The notes beneath the pieces were generated by a model. The model was not told the origin of the DNA. It was given only the letters and a program-made list of their open reading frames with translations, and made no database searches. Of a stretch of DNA of 64,000 bases, positions 55,733 to 64,000 are shown one piece after another (the stretch's first letter is position 1; the number at the start of each line of letters is the position of its first letter). A program made the translations under genes and the position numbers. The stretch is from Chitinophaga pinensis (GTDB lineage Bacteria > Bacteroidota > Bacteroidia > Chitinophagales > CAMDFR01): positions 119,486 to 183,485 of the forward strand of contig CAMART010000001.1 in the NCBI GenBank assembly GCA_945860705.1. The letters are read 5' to 3'.

Positions 55733-56788
55733 ATGAAAAAATACATCAAACATATAGCTCTATTTGCTTGCGCGCTGCTGCTTATTTTTATTGCATTAGA
55801 AAAAGCATGTCAATATTATATACCAAAACGAATCATAGAAAAAGCCTATTGGCTTAAAGAAAAACAACATACGAACTACGATTATTTAGTACTTGGCTCA
55901 TCAAGAGCAGAATCTTCTTTTGATTGTAACTATTTTGATAGCATCACTAAAATGAAAGGTGTCAATATTGCTATCAATGGCTCAGGACTTTTAGAAAACG
56001 AACTGACCTTAATCGATTTTTTGAAAACAAATAAAACAAAAACTCTTTATCTAGAAATAGATGAATTTAATCTAAGTCCATCTAATCATTTTTCATATCC
56101 ATTTCATTATTATTTGTATTTTCCATATATGTATGACGATGTGCTTGTTGATTCTCTTATAAAATCAAAAGTGCCTAAAGAAAAATACTATATATGGAAA
56201 TATATTCCTTTTGTAAAATACGCAGCATTTAATGCGAAGTTTAAATTAGAAAAAATCATCAATAAAGAAAACGTAGATAGCGTTTTTGATAAAAAAGGAT
56301 ATCAACCTTTTTATGGTCAAGAAACTAGTTATACATTTATAGATTGGAAAGGCGATTTTATAGATAAAAGATATTGGTACTTGGGCGACTATTCTAAGCC
56401 TTCTCCAGAATATGAAAAAACAGATAGCTTATCTATTCAATCTATTAAAAATATAATTTCTATATGCAATAAACACGATATCAAATTAGTGTTTTTCATA
56501 GCACCAAGTTTTGTAGGACATTTCGAAAAGCAACTCTACAATAGCTTAGACAAATTTGTGCTAATAAAAAAAATCGCACAGGATAATAAAATACCACTCA
56601 TCAATTTTGCATATTGGAAATACAATAGAGACTATAAAATCTATCATGATTATACACATATAAATACAGAAGGTGCAAAAAAAATGACCGCTATCATGTC
56701 TATGTATCAATCAAATAATTTTGTATTTAATCCTGCTATTAATTCATTTTTTCAAGATAGCATTTGTAGTGAGTTTGAGAAACACTAA
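55733..56788 (+). CDS. Putative DltD/SGNH-like partner of the MBOAT protein
   Basis: I prefer the ATG at 55733 (MKKYIKHIALFAC..., N-terminal anchor), 3 nt after the MBOAT stop. 'LVLGSSRAE' is a candidate nucleophile Ser. 'DYTHINTEG' is a DxxH-type motif. Confidence 0.5.
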   Translation: MKKYIKHIALFACALLLIFIALEKACQYYIPKRIIEKAYWLKEKQHTNYDYLVLGSSRAESSFDCNYFDSITKMKGVNIAINGSGLLENELTLIDFLKTNKTKTLYLEIDEFNLSPSNHFSYPFHYYLYFPYMYDDVLVDSLIKSKVPKEKYYIWKYIPFVKYAAFNAKFKLEKIINKENVDSVFDKKGYQPFYGQETSYTFIDWKGDFIDKRYWYLGDYSKPSPEYEKTDSLSIQSIKNIISICNKHDIKLVFFIAPSFVGHFEKQLYNSLDKFVLIKKIAQDNKIPLINFAYWKYNRDYKIYHDYTHINTEGAKKMTAIMSMYQSNNFVFNPAINSFFQDSICSEFEKH

Positions 56789-56790
56789 TA

Positions 56791-57519
56791 CTACTGATTG
56801 TATAATTCTTTTACGTCATCTTCATTCAAGGCTCTATTATACATTTTTATATCATCTATAGCACCTGTGAAATAGTGCTCTTTGCCATAGGCTCCACCAT
56901 TGCCTATAATGAGTGATGCGGCAGTTTGAGAGAATGATGTAGCACTAGTTTTAATATCTGTTTGGCTTTGAATGACTCCATCGTTATAACATTTTAATTC
57001 TACACCATCAGCCACGTATACTATATGATGCCAACTATTTAATAAAACAGGAGCGGATGCTTTAAGAGGGTCAATGCCATATATAGTGCCACCACCATTA
57101 GCCACCCAATTATCTAAAGTAAATCCTTGATGATTAAAATGATTGTCTAGGCTGTATTCAAAAGGGCTGAATGCATTTCTTTTGCTCAACACGGCTATAG
57201 TTTTACTTGTATCTGTGACATATACCCAACATGAAATCGTAAATTCATTATTGGGAAATGAGGCATTGCTTATTGCTCCAAAATCAATTTTATTAGAATC
57301 CGCTCCATTGAATAGCATAGCTTTATTTGCTTCATTTTTTCTATTATAGGTTGGCGTAGCTCCATCTATAATTCCTGTTATATTCGTTACTTTTTCTAGT
57401 GGTATATTATTGTCTAGCGGTATATCTATGACCAATCCTGATGTGATATCTGGAAGCGTTGCTTTTTTTGTACAAGATGCTGCTATTAAAATTAAGCTTA
57501 GAAAAAATAGTTGTTTCAT
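56791..57519 (-). CDS. LamG (concanavalin A-like lectin/glucanase) domain lipoprotein
   Basis: 242 aa; 'IAASC' lipobox; 'FTISCWVY', 'LIIGN...FTGAIDDIKMYNRAL' typical Laminin_G_3 pattern. Confidence 0.7.
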   Translation of the reverse strand: MKQLFFLSLILIAASCTKKATLPDITSGLVIDIPLDNNIPLEKVTNITGIIDGATPTYNRKNEANKAMLFNGADSNKIDFGAISNASFPNNEFTISCWVYVTDTSKTIAVLSKRNAFSPFEYSLDNHFNHQGFTLDNWVANGGGTIYGIDPLKASAPVLLNSWHHIVYVADGVELKCYNDGVIQSQTDIKTSATSFSQTAASLIIGNGGAYGKEHYFTGAIDDIKMYNRALNEDDVKELYNQ

Positions 57520-57613
57520 ATTGAGATTTTTTTATTTAAAACGCTTTTAATGATACTAGATTGTGAAAGATAAATAAATTATTATTACTAATATTACGTC
57601 AAACACAAAATCT

Positions 57614-57865
57614 ATGCTTAGCAATAACGATATACTAAAAAAACTACGAGTAGCACTTTCATTAAAAGATGATGATATAGTAAAAATATTGGCATTAGTA
57701 GATTTTAAAATAACCAAAGGAGCACTTGGTGATTTGTTTAGAAACGAAGACCATCCTAGCTATGTAGAAGCAGGCGACCAAATACTTCGAAATTTTTTGA
57801 ATGGATTAATTATTCATAAACGTGGTGTATTAGAAAAACCTAAAAAGATTAAAGGGGAAGATTAA
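57614..57865 (+). CDS. DUF1456 (YehS-like) family protein
   Basis: 83 aa; 'NNDILKKLRVALSLKDDDIVKI' repeat typical of DUF1456. Confidence 0.6.
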   Translation: MLSNNDILKKLRVALSLKDDDIVKILALVDFKITKGALGDLFRNEDHPSYVEAGDQILRNFLNGLIIHKRGVLEKPKKIKGED

Positions 57866-57867
57866 TT

Positions 57868-59106
57868 TTATCCATACTTTAAACTCAACTCTCTTTTACT
57901 TGCTTTATATGCTGGATATATGCTAGCTATAAAACTAATCAAAAGGACAATTAAAAAAGTCAATACAAAATCTAGTGCATGTATTTCTACAGGATAAGAT
58001 TGTATCACAAAACTACCACTGCCTTGTAGTTTTATCAATCCAAATTCTTTTTGTATATAACAGATTATAAACCCGAGCAGAAGACCTATACTAGCTCCAA
58101 TCATAGCGCTCAGTATACCTTCAAGCATAAATATATTTCTGATGGTTTGTTCAGATGCACCCATAGCGCGCAGTATCGCTATGTCTTTGTCTTTATCCAT
58201 CACCAACATACTGAGCGACCCAATAATATTAAACGATACGATAAACAAGACAAAAGATAAAATCACATATACTGCCAATCGCTCTGTATTGATCACTTTA
58301 AAAAGCGATGCGTTTTGTTGAAGCCTGTTTTTTATTTGTAAATTTTTATCTAATATTTTTTTTAGTTCTTTCACTGTATTATTTACCTTGCTATAGTCTT
58401 TCAATTTTAGTTCTATACTGGTGGCCTTATCATAAGATTCGGTAAGTTCTTCAACAAACGAATAAGGTACTAATACAAATTTTTCATCAAACTCTTGTTG
58501 AATAGCAAATACTCCTGTAGGCAAAACAAATCCTTTGTGAAAAGCATCTTCTGGATTTAGATACACTTTGCGTTCGTTTTTTGGTACCATCACTTGCATT
58601 TTTACGATGGGTTCTTGCATATCTGCGTTGATGACTTCATCTACTGCCGCACCCAGTATTGCTCCGTCATTTCCTCTGAAATTCATTTCGTATTTACCAA
58701 ACAATATAAACGAATCAATGCCTGTTATTTTTTGAAAACTATTTTCTACTCCTTTAATAGTAGCAATATTTTCTCTATCCTCATATTTTAAATAAGCATT
58801 TTCTTCAAGGCTACGAGTTGTATATAGCACATTATCTAGTGCTGTTATTTTATTTATTAAAACAGTATCTGCATCAAAAGATTTGCCTACTATTGCTGTT
58901 ATTTTAATATCTGGATAAAATGCAGAATACATTCTATTGACCAATCCTTCAAACCCATTGAACACTGATAATATTATCACCAAAAACATAGCACCAGCTC
59001 CCATACCCACCATAGAAATATAGGAAATAATGTTTATAGCATTGGTACTTTTCTTTGAGAAAATATACCTACGAGCTATTTGAAGCGATAGTGGTATCTG
59101 AATCAT
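57868..59106 (-). CDS. FtsX-like ABC transporter permease (LolC/E-type)
   Basis: 412 aa; N-terminal TM, a large periplasmic domain, and a C-terminal FtsX 3-TM bundle ('DIAILRAMGA'). Confidence 0.8.
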   Translation of the reverse strand: MIQIPLSLQIARRYIFSKKSTNAINIISYISMVGMGAGAMFLVIILSVFNGFEGLVNRMYSAFYPDIKITAIVGKSFDADTVLINKITALDNVLYTTRSLEENAYLKYEDRENIATIKGVENSFQKITGIDSFILFGKYEMNFRGNDGAILGAAVDEVINADMQEPIVKMQVMVPKNERKVYLNPEDAFHKGFVLPTGVFAIQQEFDEKFVLVPYSFVEELTESYDKATSIELKLKDYSKVNNTVKELKKILDKNLQIKNRLQQNASLFKVINTERLAVYVILSFVLFIVSFNIIGSLSMLVMDKDKDIAILRAMGASEQTIRNIFMLEGILSAMIGASIGLLLGFIICYIQKEFGLIKLQGSGSFVIQSYPVEIHALDFVLTFLIVLLISFIASIYPAYKASKRELSLKYG

Positions 59107-59135
59107 ATTACAATATCAAATGTACAAAAAAGAAA

Positions 59136-59169
59136 AAAGCTTGATGAAACAATATGTTCATCAAGCTTT
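59136..59169 (-). terminator. Rho-independent terminator of the protease gene
   Basis: AAAGCTTGATGAA / TTCATCAAGCTTT 13-bp stem, with a T-rich run on the minus strand. Confidence 0.8.
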
Positions 59170-59199
59170 CTATATTCTAAAAAAACTATCTTATATCTA

Positions 59200-62100
59200 T
59201 TATTTGTCTACTACAAATTTTCCAATAGAGATTTTATTGTTTTTGTCTCTAGTTTTGATATAGTAAACTCCTGAACTTAAGTGTTCAATATTTAATGAAT
59301 ATAAATTATTCGAAATAGATTGAGTGATTTTTTTAGATAAAACATTTTCACCTAGAGTGTTTGTGATCTCTATGTCTATTGGTGTTTTGATGTTTTCGTT
59401 TAATTGTATATATATTAAATCTTTTGCAGGATTTGGGTATATACTCAACTTATCATTTTCCAATATTGGATTTATACTATTTGGATTTAGCGATATCGTT
59501 TTACTAAAACTATTAGAACAAATATCATTACCTACAGTGAGTGTAACGGTATATGTGCCTAAACTTGTATAAGTATGAGATGGATTAGGAGTATTGTCAA
59601 ATGCTGATCCATCACCAAAATCCCATCTCCATCTTGTAGGTGAGCCAGTACTTAAATCTGTAAATGTACTTGTAAGCCCAATAATAGTTTGACTAAAATT
59701 AGCAATTGGAGATGGTAGTTCTGTGATAACAACTGAACTTGACGTAGTACCACATGAAGGAACACTCACTGTATATGTGCCACCAGTCGTTACTGTTATG
59801 CTCGGTGTAGTAGCTGATGTATTCCATAATAATGGATAAGCGATACCTGTAGGTGTTGCATTTAATACCGTACTTTGTCCTGTACATATAGTATCATTAC
59901 CTGTAATGGTTATTACTGGAGTTACAGATGGAGTAGTATTTAATAATACTGTATCATAAGATACACAACCTTTTGCGTCTGTCACTCTTACGGCATAGGT
60001 TCTAGAACCAGTTATAACACCTGATAATGTAGGATTTGCAGTGCCTGTACTACTTAATCCAGTAGAAGGAGACCAAAGATAACTGTATGGCCCCGTACCG
60101 CCACTACCTGTAGGGCTTCCACCTATAGAACCAGAAGCTGTTCCGCCATCACAAAAAGTTTTGTCTGTTCCTGCAGCACTATTTGGCAACGGATTTATTG
60201 TAATCAAAACAGTATCACGTCCTACACAATTGTATAAATCTGTTACTGATAAAGCATATGTTTTATTTGTAGTGGTGGTAGTAGTAGGGTTAGCTACTGA
60301 TGAACTAGACAAGCTTGTAGCAGGTGACCAAGTATATATATATGGCGTAGAACCACCACTAGCTGTAGGGCTTCCGCCTAATACTACTGGTACAGCAGTA
60401 CCTCCCGCACACCATCCTGAATCTCTTCCTGCATTTACTGTAGGATTTGGTCTTTGTGTTACACGCATAGTATCATAAGCAAAACATCCTATTGCATCTA
60501 TTACTTTTACATTGTATGTAGTAGTAGCACTGGGTGAAGCATTAGGATTGGCTACTGTACTACTTGATAGCCCTGTAGTTGGTGCCCATACATATGTATA
60601 AGGTGCTACTGTTCCTGTACCTGTAGGACTTCCTCCTATAGCTACAGCTGTGGCTCCATTACATCTATTTTTATCTAAACCTGCATTAGCTGTTGGATTT
60701 GATCCAATACCTATTCTCACAGTATCTCTGCCTATACAACCTCTATTATCTGTCACTTGAAGCGCATAGTTGGTAGTTGCTGTTGGATTGGCATTTGGAT
60801 TGGCAATAGAAGTACTACTCAATCCAGTAGCTGGAGACCATGCATAAGTATAAGGGGTGCTACCTCCACTTGCGGTAGGACTTCCACCTACTCTGATTAC
60901 ACCTGTCACTCCTCCGCATTTTGTAGAATCTCTACCTGCATTTACTGTTGGTAGAGGGTTAACAGTAGCGGTTACCGCTACTCTTCTAGATAAACAATCA
61001 TATCCTTGTACTATCCAGTTATAAAAATAATAATAATAGCCCGATGCACCTGATGTACCTGTAGGAAGATTGGTACTAATAATAGATACGTTGCCTCCTG
61101 CATCATTGTATGGATATGAAGCACCTGAATTATTTCTATACAAATTCATAGAATCTTGTACGCCAAGTATCCAAGTACCTGGTGTCAAATCAAAATTTAA
61201 ATTGATTCTGCTTCCTCCGTTTGGAATAAATATATTTCTACTTGCTATTACAGAACCTGAAGTGTCTCTATATTGTATTGTTCTAAATCCAGAACCTTGT
61301 GCATACACATATACAGAATTAAGCATACATGGTTTTAGTACATTAAATTTCAATCCCCAATTTCTATCACCATTAAAGTTTCCTCCTGTACCAAACGCAT
61401 TAGTTGCGGGACCTACATTATAGGCAGTTTGAGGTATTGCTTGTTCTACATAGTAAGTAGTTGTGGTAGCAATGCTAGGTGTAGTATATGGATTTGCTAT
61501 AGATATTTTTGTGGTATCTGTTGCTGTAGCATACCAGTTTACATTATTGGTAGTAGTAGCTGATAATGATACAGTTCCCGTGCCACATCTAGAGCCATTT
61601 ACTACGGTTGGACCTACAGGTCTATTTACAACGATGTATGAAGTACGAGTAGAAGTATTGCTACCAAATGCATTAGTAGCTGTGAGTGTTACTGTATAAG
61701 TTCCATTTGTAGTATAGACATGTGTTGGGTTTTGTAATGTGGAAGTACCACCATCACCAAAAGTCCAAGCCCACGATGTAACAGCTCCCGTAGTTCTATC
61801 AGAAAATTTTACTTTACCATTACAAGTATTAGTGATATCAGCAATAAAACTAGCAACTGGAGGTGTGCTTGCACTAGTACAAGACCAATTGATAGCAAAT
61901 CCAGTATCTACTACACTTGGATCTGATTCCTGTCTAACGGTTATAGATCCTCCAGTTGAGTTAATGACTGCTGGTAATGTAAAACCTGTATAACTTCCAA
62001 TAATTGGACTTGCTATGGAAGCTCCATCATATACTCTCAGAAAATCATATGTGTTTTCCATCCTAAATCTTGTAAAAGTAAGTGTCACTCTTGATGCTCC

Positions 62101-64000
62101 AGGCGGACTAATCGTGATACTACCATCTGTATTATCTGTATAAGCTCCGAATTGTCCTCCATTGTCATATACTGTTCCTGTACAAGTAGTTTGCACTGGA
62201 CCAGCTCCAGAAGCTGGGATATTTACAGCGCAAGGATTAGATGGATTTATGTTTACCAAGTTGGTATATGTGATACTATCTGTTCCACAAGAACCACCAC
62301 TTGCTACTAATTTTACTGTATAAACTCCTAAAGTAGTATAGACATGTGTTGGGTTAGCTAATGTAGATGTTGCGCCATCTCCAAAATACCAAGTATAAGT
62401 ACCTGCATTTACACTATTATTTGTAAAATTAACTGTAAATGGGACTGCACAACCAACAGGATTTGAATTCGTAAATTGTGCATCTACTCCAGCTACAAAA
62501 GCATTACCTACATTCACAGCATACCATGCATTGGTGCAAGCTATTACTTGTGGAGTGCAAGCACCATACAAATCATTAGCAGATTGAATTGCATAAAATC
62601 TAGCATCATCAAAATCTGCAGTATTGGTAAGATATATGACATTATTTCTCCAAGCTATTGCAGAGGCTATCGTTCTTCCTTGACCTGTCACACTATATAC
62701 ATCTCCTACATCGTTGGTACCACTTCCTCCATTTATCAATAAATAATACCAATAGTTTTGAACACCACTATTTGTGTGAACACCTCCATTATCTGCTGTA
62801 CCAGTATACCAAGCTGTACCTAGATAGGTATCTGGTTGACCATAAGCATTTGGATTTGACATAGAACGAAAAGCCCCGCCAATATCTTCACCTATAGTCC
62901 AGTCTGCTCCTGGTATATCTGCATAGTATTCTACAGCTACACCAAATATATCACTAAAAGATTCGTTTAGAGCACCTGATTGATAAGAATAATCTAAGTC
63001 TGATGTATTTGTAGTAAGACCATGAGTCACTTCATGACCAGTGATATCTAGAGAAACTAAAGGATCATAAGTAGCATCTCCATCTCCAAAAGTCATACGT
63101 GTTCCATCCCAAAATGCATTAACATAATTCACATCATAATGTACATATAAATTTAATAAATAACCAGCGCCATCTATACTACTTCTGCCATGAGTCATGT
63201 AGTAGTCATATGTTTTTTCTGCTGCCCAATGTGCATCTGGTGCGTATTGATCAAGTTGAGGATTCACATTATTCCAATTATTATCTGCATCTGTAAAATC
63301 TACAGCACTACCATATGTAGTGCCTCTGAGCATATTGAATGTTCTTATTCCATTTCCTCTTCCTGCTTCTCTAAGTCTGTATGTTGTTCCTGTATTGTCA
63401 GTTGTAATAGCTCTTACTCCTCTATATACTGTAGTAGCAGTTCCTGCTGCATCTACATGACATATTTTATCTGTTTCTTTTATCACTTCTCCTGTCTGTG
63501 CATCTACATATACATCGTGTCTGCTCATAGGCGAATGTGCATATATATCAAACTTCCAACACAATCTAAATTCATTAGATTTATTATCATTTCCTTTTTG
63601 AATAATAATCAATTCACCCTTTGGAAAAAAAGTAGCTTCTGGATTATTTTGTTCTCTTTTAATAAAATCCTCTTCTATCGGCATTTGCCATTTATATATA
63701 CTTGCTCCTATATGATTGGTAGCATGGGTAAGTGCGCTCGTTTCGTTGATTGAAGGAGTAGTAGTAGTATTTACTTGATTGAATAAATATCCATTATACG
63801 ATTCTACTTTACCGTCTTTGATATGCAATAAAAATATTCCGCTAAAAACGGGCACATTATTGACCATCAACTGATATCTTTTATGTTCGTAGCCTAATTT
63901 GTCTTTTTCAGTTTTTAAATATTTAAAACTATAGTTGGTTGGCAAATGAAATATTTTTGAAATATGCATAAAAAATACTTCCTCTGCAAAACCTCTTTCT
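59200..64000 (-). CDS. Giant secreted M4 (thermolysin-like) metalloprotease with PKD, CUB-like, SprB/Ig-like repeat and T9SS C-terminal domains (5' end outside window)
   Basis: 'ITGHEVTHG' plus 'GALNESFSD' form the M4 zinc site. There are three PKD-type 'W.FGDG....NP.H.Y' modules and a CUB-like 'YDFLRVYDG'. Four ~85-aa Cys-containing repeats follow, then C-terminal 'IYPNPAKDLIYIQ'. The frame stays open upstream of the ATG at 63969 to the window edge, and no signal peptide follows that ATG. Confidence 0.8.
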   Translation of the reverse strand, partial: ERGFAEEVFFMHISKIFHLPTNYSFKYLKTEKDKLGYEHKRYQLMVNNVPVFSGIFLLHIKDGKVESYNGYLFNQVNTTTTPSINETSALTHATNHIGASIYKWQMPIEEDFIKREQNNPEATFFPKGELIIIQKGNDNKSNEFRLCWKFDIYAHSPMSRHDVYVDAQTGEVIKETDKICHVDAAGTATTVYRGVRAITTDNTGTTYRLREAGRGNGIRTFNMLRGTTYGSAVDFTDADNNWNNVNPQLDQYAPDAHWAAEKTYDYYMTHGRSSIDGAGYLLNLYVHYDVNYVNAFWDGTRMTFGDGDATYDPLVSLDITGHEVTHGLTTNTSDLDYSYQSGALNESFSDIFGVAVEYYADIPGADWTIGEDIGGAFRSMSNPNAYGQPDTYLGTAWYTGTADNGGVHTNSGVQNYWYYLLINGGSGTNDVGDVYSVTGQGRTIASAIAWRNNVIYLTNTADFDDARFYAIQSANDLYGACTPQVIACTNAWYAVNVGNAFVAGVDAQFTNSNPVGCAVPFTVNFTNNSVNAGTYTWYFGDGATSTLANPTHVYTTLGVYTVKLVASGGSCGTDSITYTNLVNINPSNPCAVNIPASGAGPVQTTCTGTVYDNGGQFGAYTDNTDGSITISPPGASRVTLTFTRFRMENTYDFLRVYDGASIASPIIGSYTGFTLPAVINSTGGSITVRQESDPSVVDTGFAINWSCTSASTPPVASFIADITNTCNGKVKFSDRTTGAVTSWAWTFGDGGTSTLQNPTHVYTTNGTYTVTLTATNAFGSNTSTRTSYIVVNRPVGPTVVNGSRCGTGTVSLSATTTNNVNWYATATDTTKISIANPYTTPSIATTTTYYVEQAIPQTAYNVGPATNAFGTGGNFNGDRNWGLKFNVLKPCMLNSVYVYAQGSGFRTIQYRDTSGSVIASRNIFIPNGGSRINLNFDLTPGTWILGVQDSMNLYRNNSGASYPYNDAGGNVSIISTNLPTGTSGASGYYYYFYNWIVQGYDCLSRRVAVTATVNPLPTVNAGRDSTKCGGVTGVIRVGGSPTASGGSTPYTYAWSPATGLSSTSIANPNANPTATTNYALQVTDNRGCIGRDTVRIGIGSNPTANAGLDKNRCNGATAVAIGGSPTGTGTVAPYTYVWAPTTGLSSSTVANPNASPSATTTYNVKVIDAIGCFAYDTMRVTQRPNPTVNAGRDSGWCAGGTAVPVVLGGSPTASGGSTPYIYTWSPATSLSSSSVANPTTTTTTNKTYALSVTDLYNCVGRDTVLITINPLPNSAAGTDKTFCDGGTASGSIGGSPTGSGGTGPYSYLWSPSTGLSSTGTANPTLSGVITGSRTYAVRVTDAKGCVSYDTVLLNTTPSVTPVITITGNDTICTGQSTVLNATPTGIAYPLLWNTSATTPSITVTTGGTYTVSVPSCGTTSSSVVITELPSPIANFSQTIIGLTSTFTDLSTGSPTRWRWDFGDGSAFDNTPNPSHTYTSLGTYTVTLTVGNDICSNSFSKTISLNPNSINPILENDKLSIYPNPAKDLIYIQLNENIKTPIDIEITNTLGENVLSKKITQSISNNLYSLNIEHLSSGVYYIKTRDKNNKISIGKFVVDK
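59935..60963 (-). repeat. Four intragenic tandem repeats (~250 nt / ~85 aa each) inside the protease gene
   Basis: Protein-level repeats 'NAGRDS..C.GG....GGSPT.SGG..PY.Y.W.P..GLSS....NP...........Y...V.D..GC...DTV'. Coordinates were derived by counting residues back from the stop codon. Confidence 0.75.

Noticed and set aside
1051-63753. Numerous 60-190-aa ORFs lying antisense to or inside long CDSs
   Set aside because: Examples are 1051-1239, 1843-2154, 4021-4332, 5292-5594, 12284-12562, 14844-15275, 19879-20229, 22713-23096, 47667-48023, 51163-51477, 60161-60478, 61070-61423 and 63190-63753. All are fully embedded in stronger, motif-supported genes on the other strand or frame. Their translations are low-complexity or Cys/Ser/Ile-rich shadow sequences typical of AT-rich genomes.

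Overview
AT-rich (roughly 30% GC by eye) chromosomal segment. It is almost certainly from a Bacteroidota bacterium, Flavobacteriia-like. The supporting signs are several proteins ending in T9SS C-terminal sorting domains, the glmS / DUF4270-like / short glycogen-synthase / panC arrangement, Omp28-like CxxC proteins, SprB-like repeats, and the lack of Shine-Dalgarno-like spacing. All functional calls come from motif recognition in the supplied translations; no database search was possible.

Most of the window is densely packed housekeeping: galE, fused 2-oxoacid dehydrogenase E1, dinB-like polymerase, radC, panD, PBP1A, M16 peptidase, glmS, panC, meaB, an ECF sigma/anti-sigma pair, dtd, rsmI, purS, pssA, pepP, murA, ABC-F, MBOAT and a lolE-like permease. 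I found no rRNA, tRNA, CRISPR array, transposase or integrase.

The parts that are not ordinary:
- A complete Type III restriction-modification cassette (mod 16901-18664, res 18669-21254) lies between M16 peptidase and the 3' end of glmS. About 1.2 kb of G/C-richer non-coding DNA surrounds it, carrying flanking direct repeats, three 22-bp-phased repeats and a run of about nine small hairpins.
- A small GIY-YIG nuclease gene is followed by a G/C-rich palindrome and a 129-bp tandem repeat array. Fragments of the same REP-like families occur in other intergenic regions.
- A minus-strand surface/periplasmic cluster (38.6-45.3 kb) holds two Omp28-like CxxC proteins, a beta-barrel, a di-haem cytochrome c peroxidase and T9SS cargo. 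It ends with an unannotated 42-codon ORF that has a double-glycine-type leader, lying 3 bp from an orphan TPR histidine kinase.
- Smaller curiosities include an RsrA-like soluble anti-sigma factor, an Asn/Arg low-complexity tail overlapping the murA start, an MBOAT plus DltD-like pair, and a protease of more than 1589 aa (M4, PKD, CUB, SprB-like repeats, T9SS) that runs off the window end.
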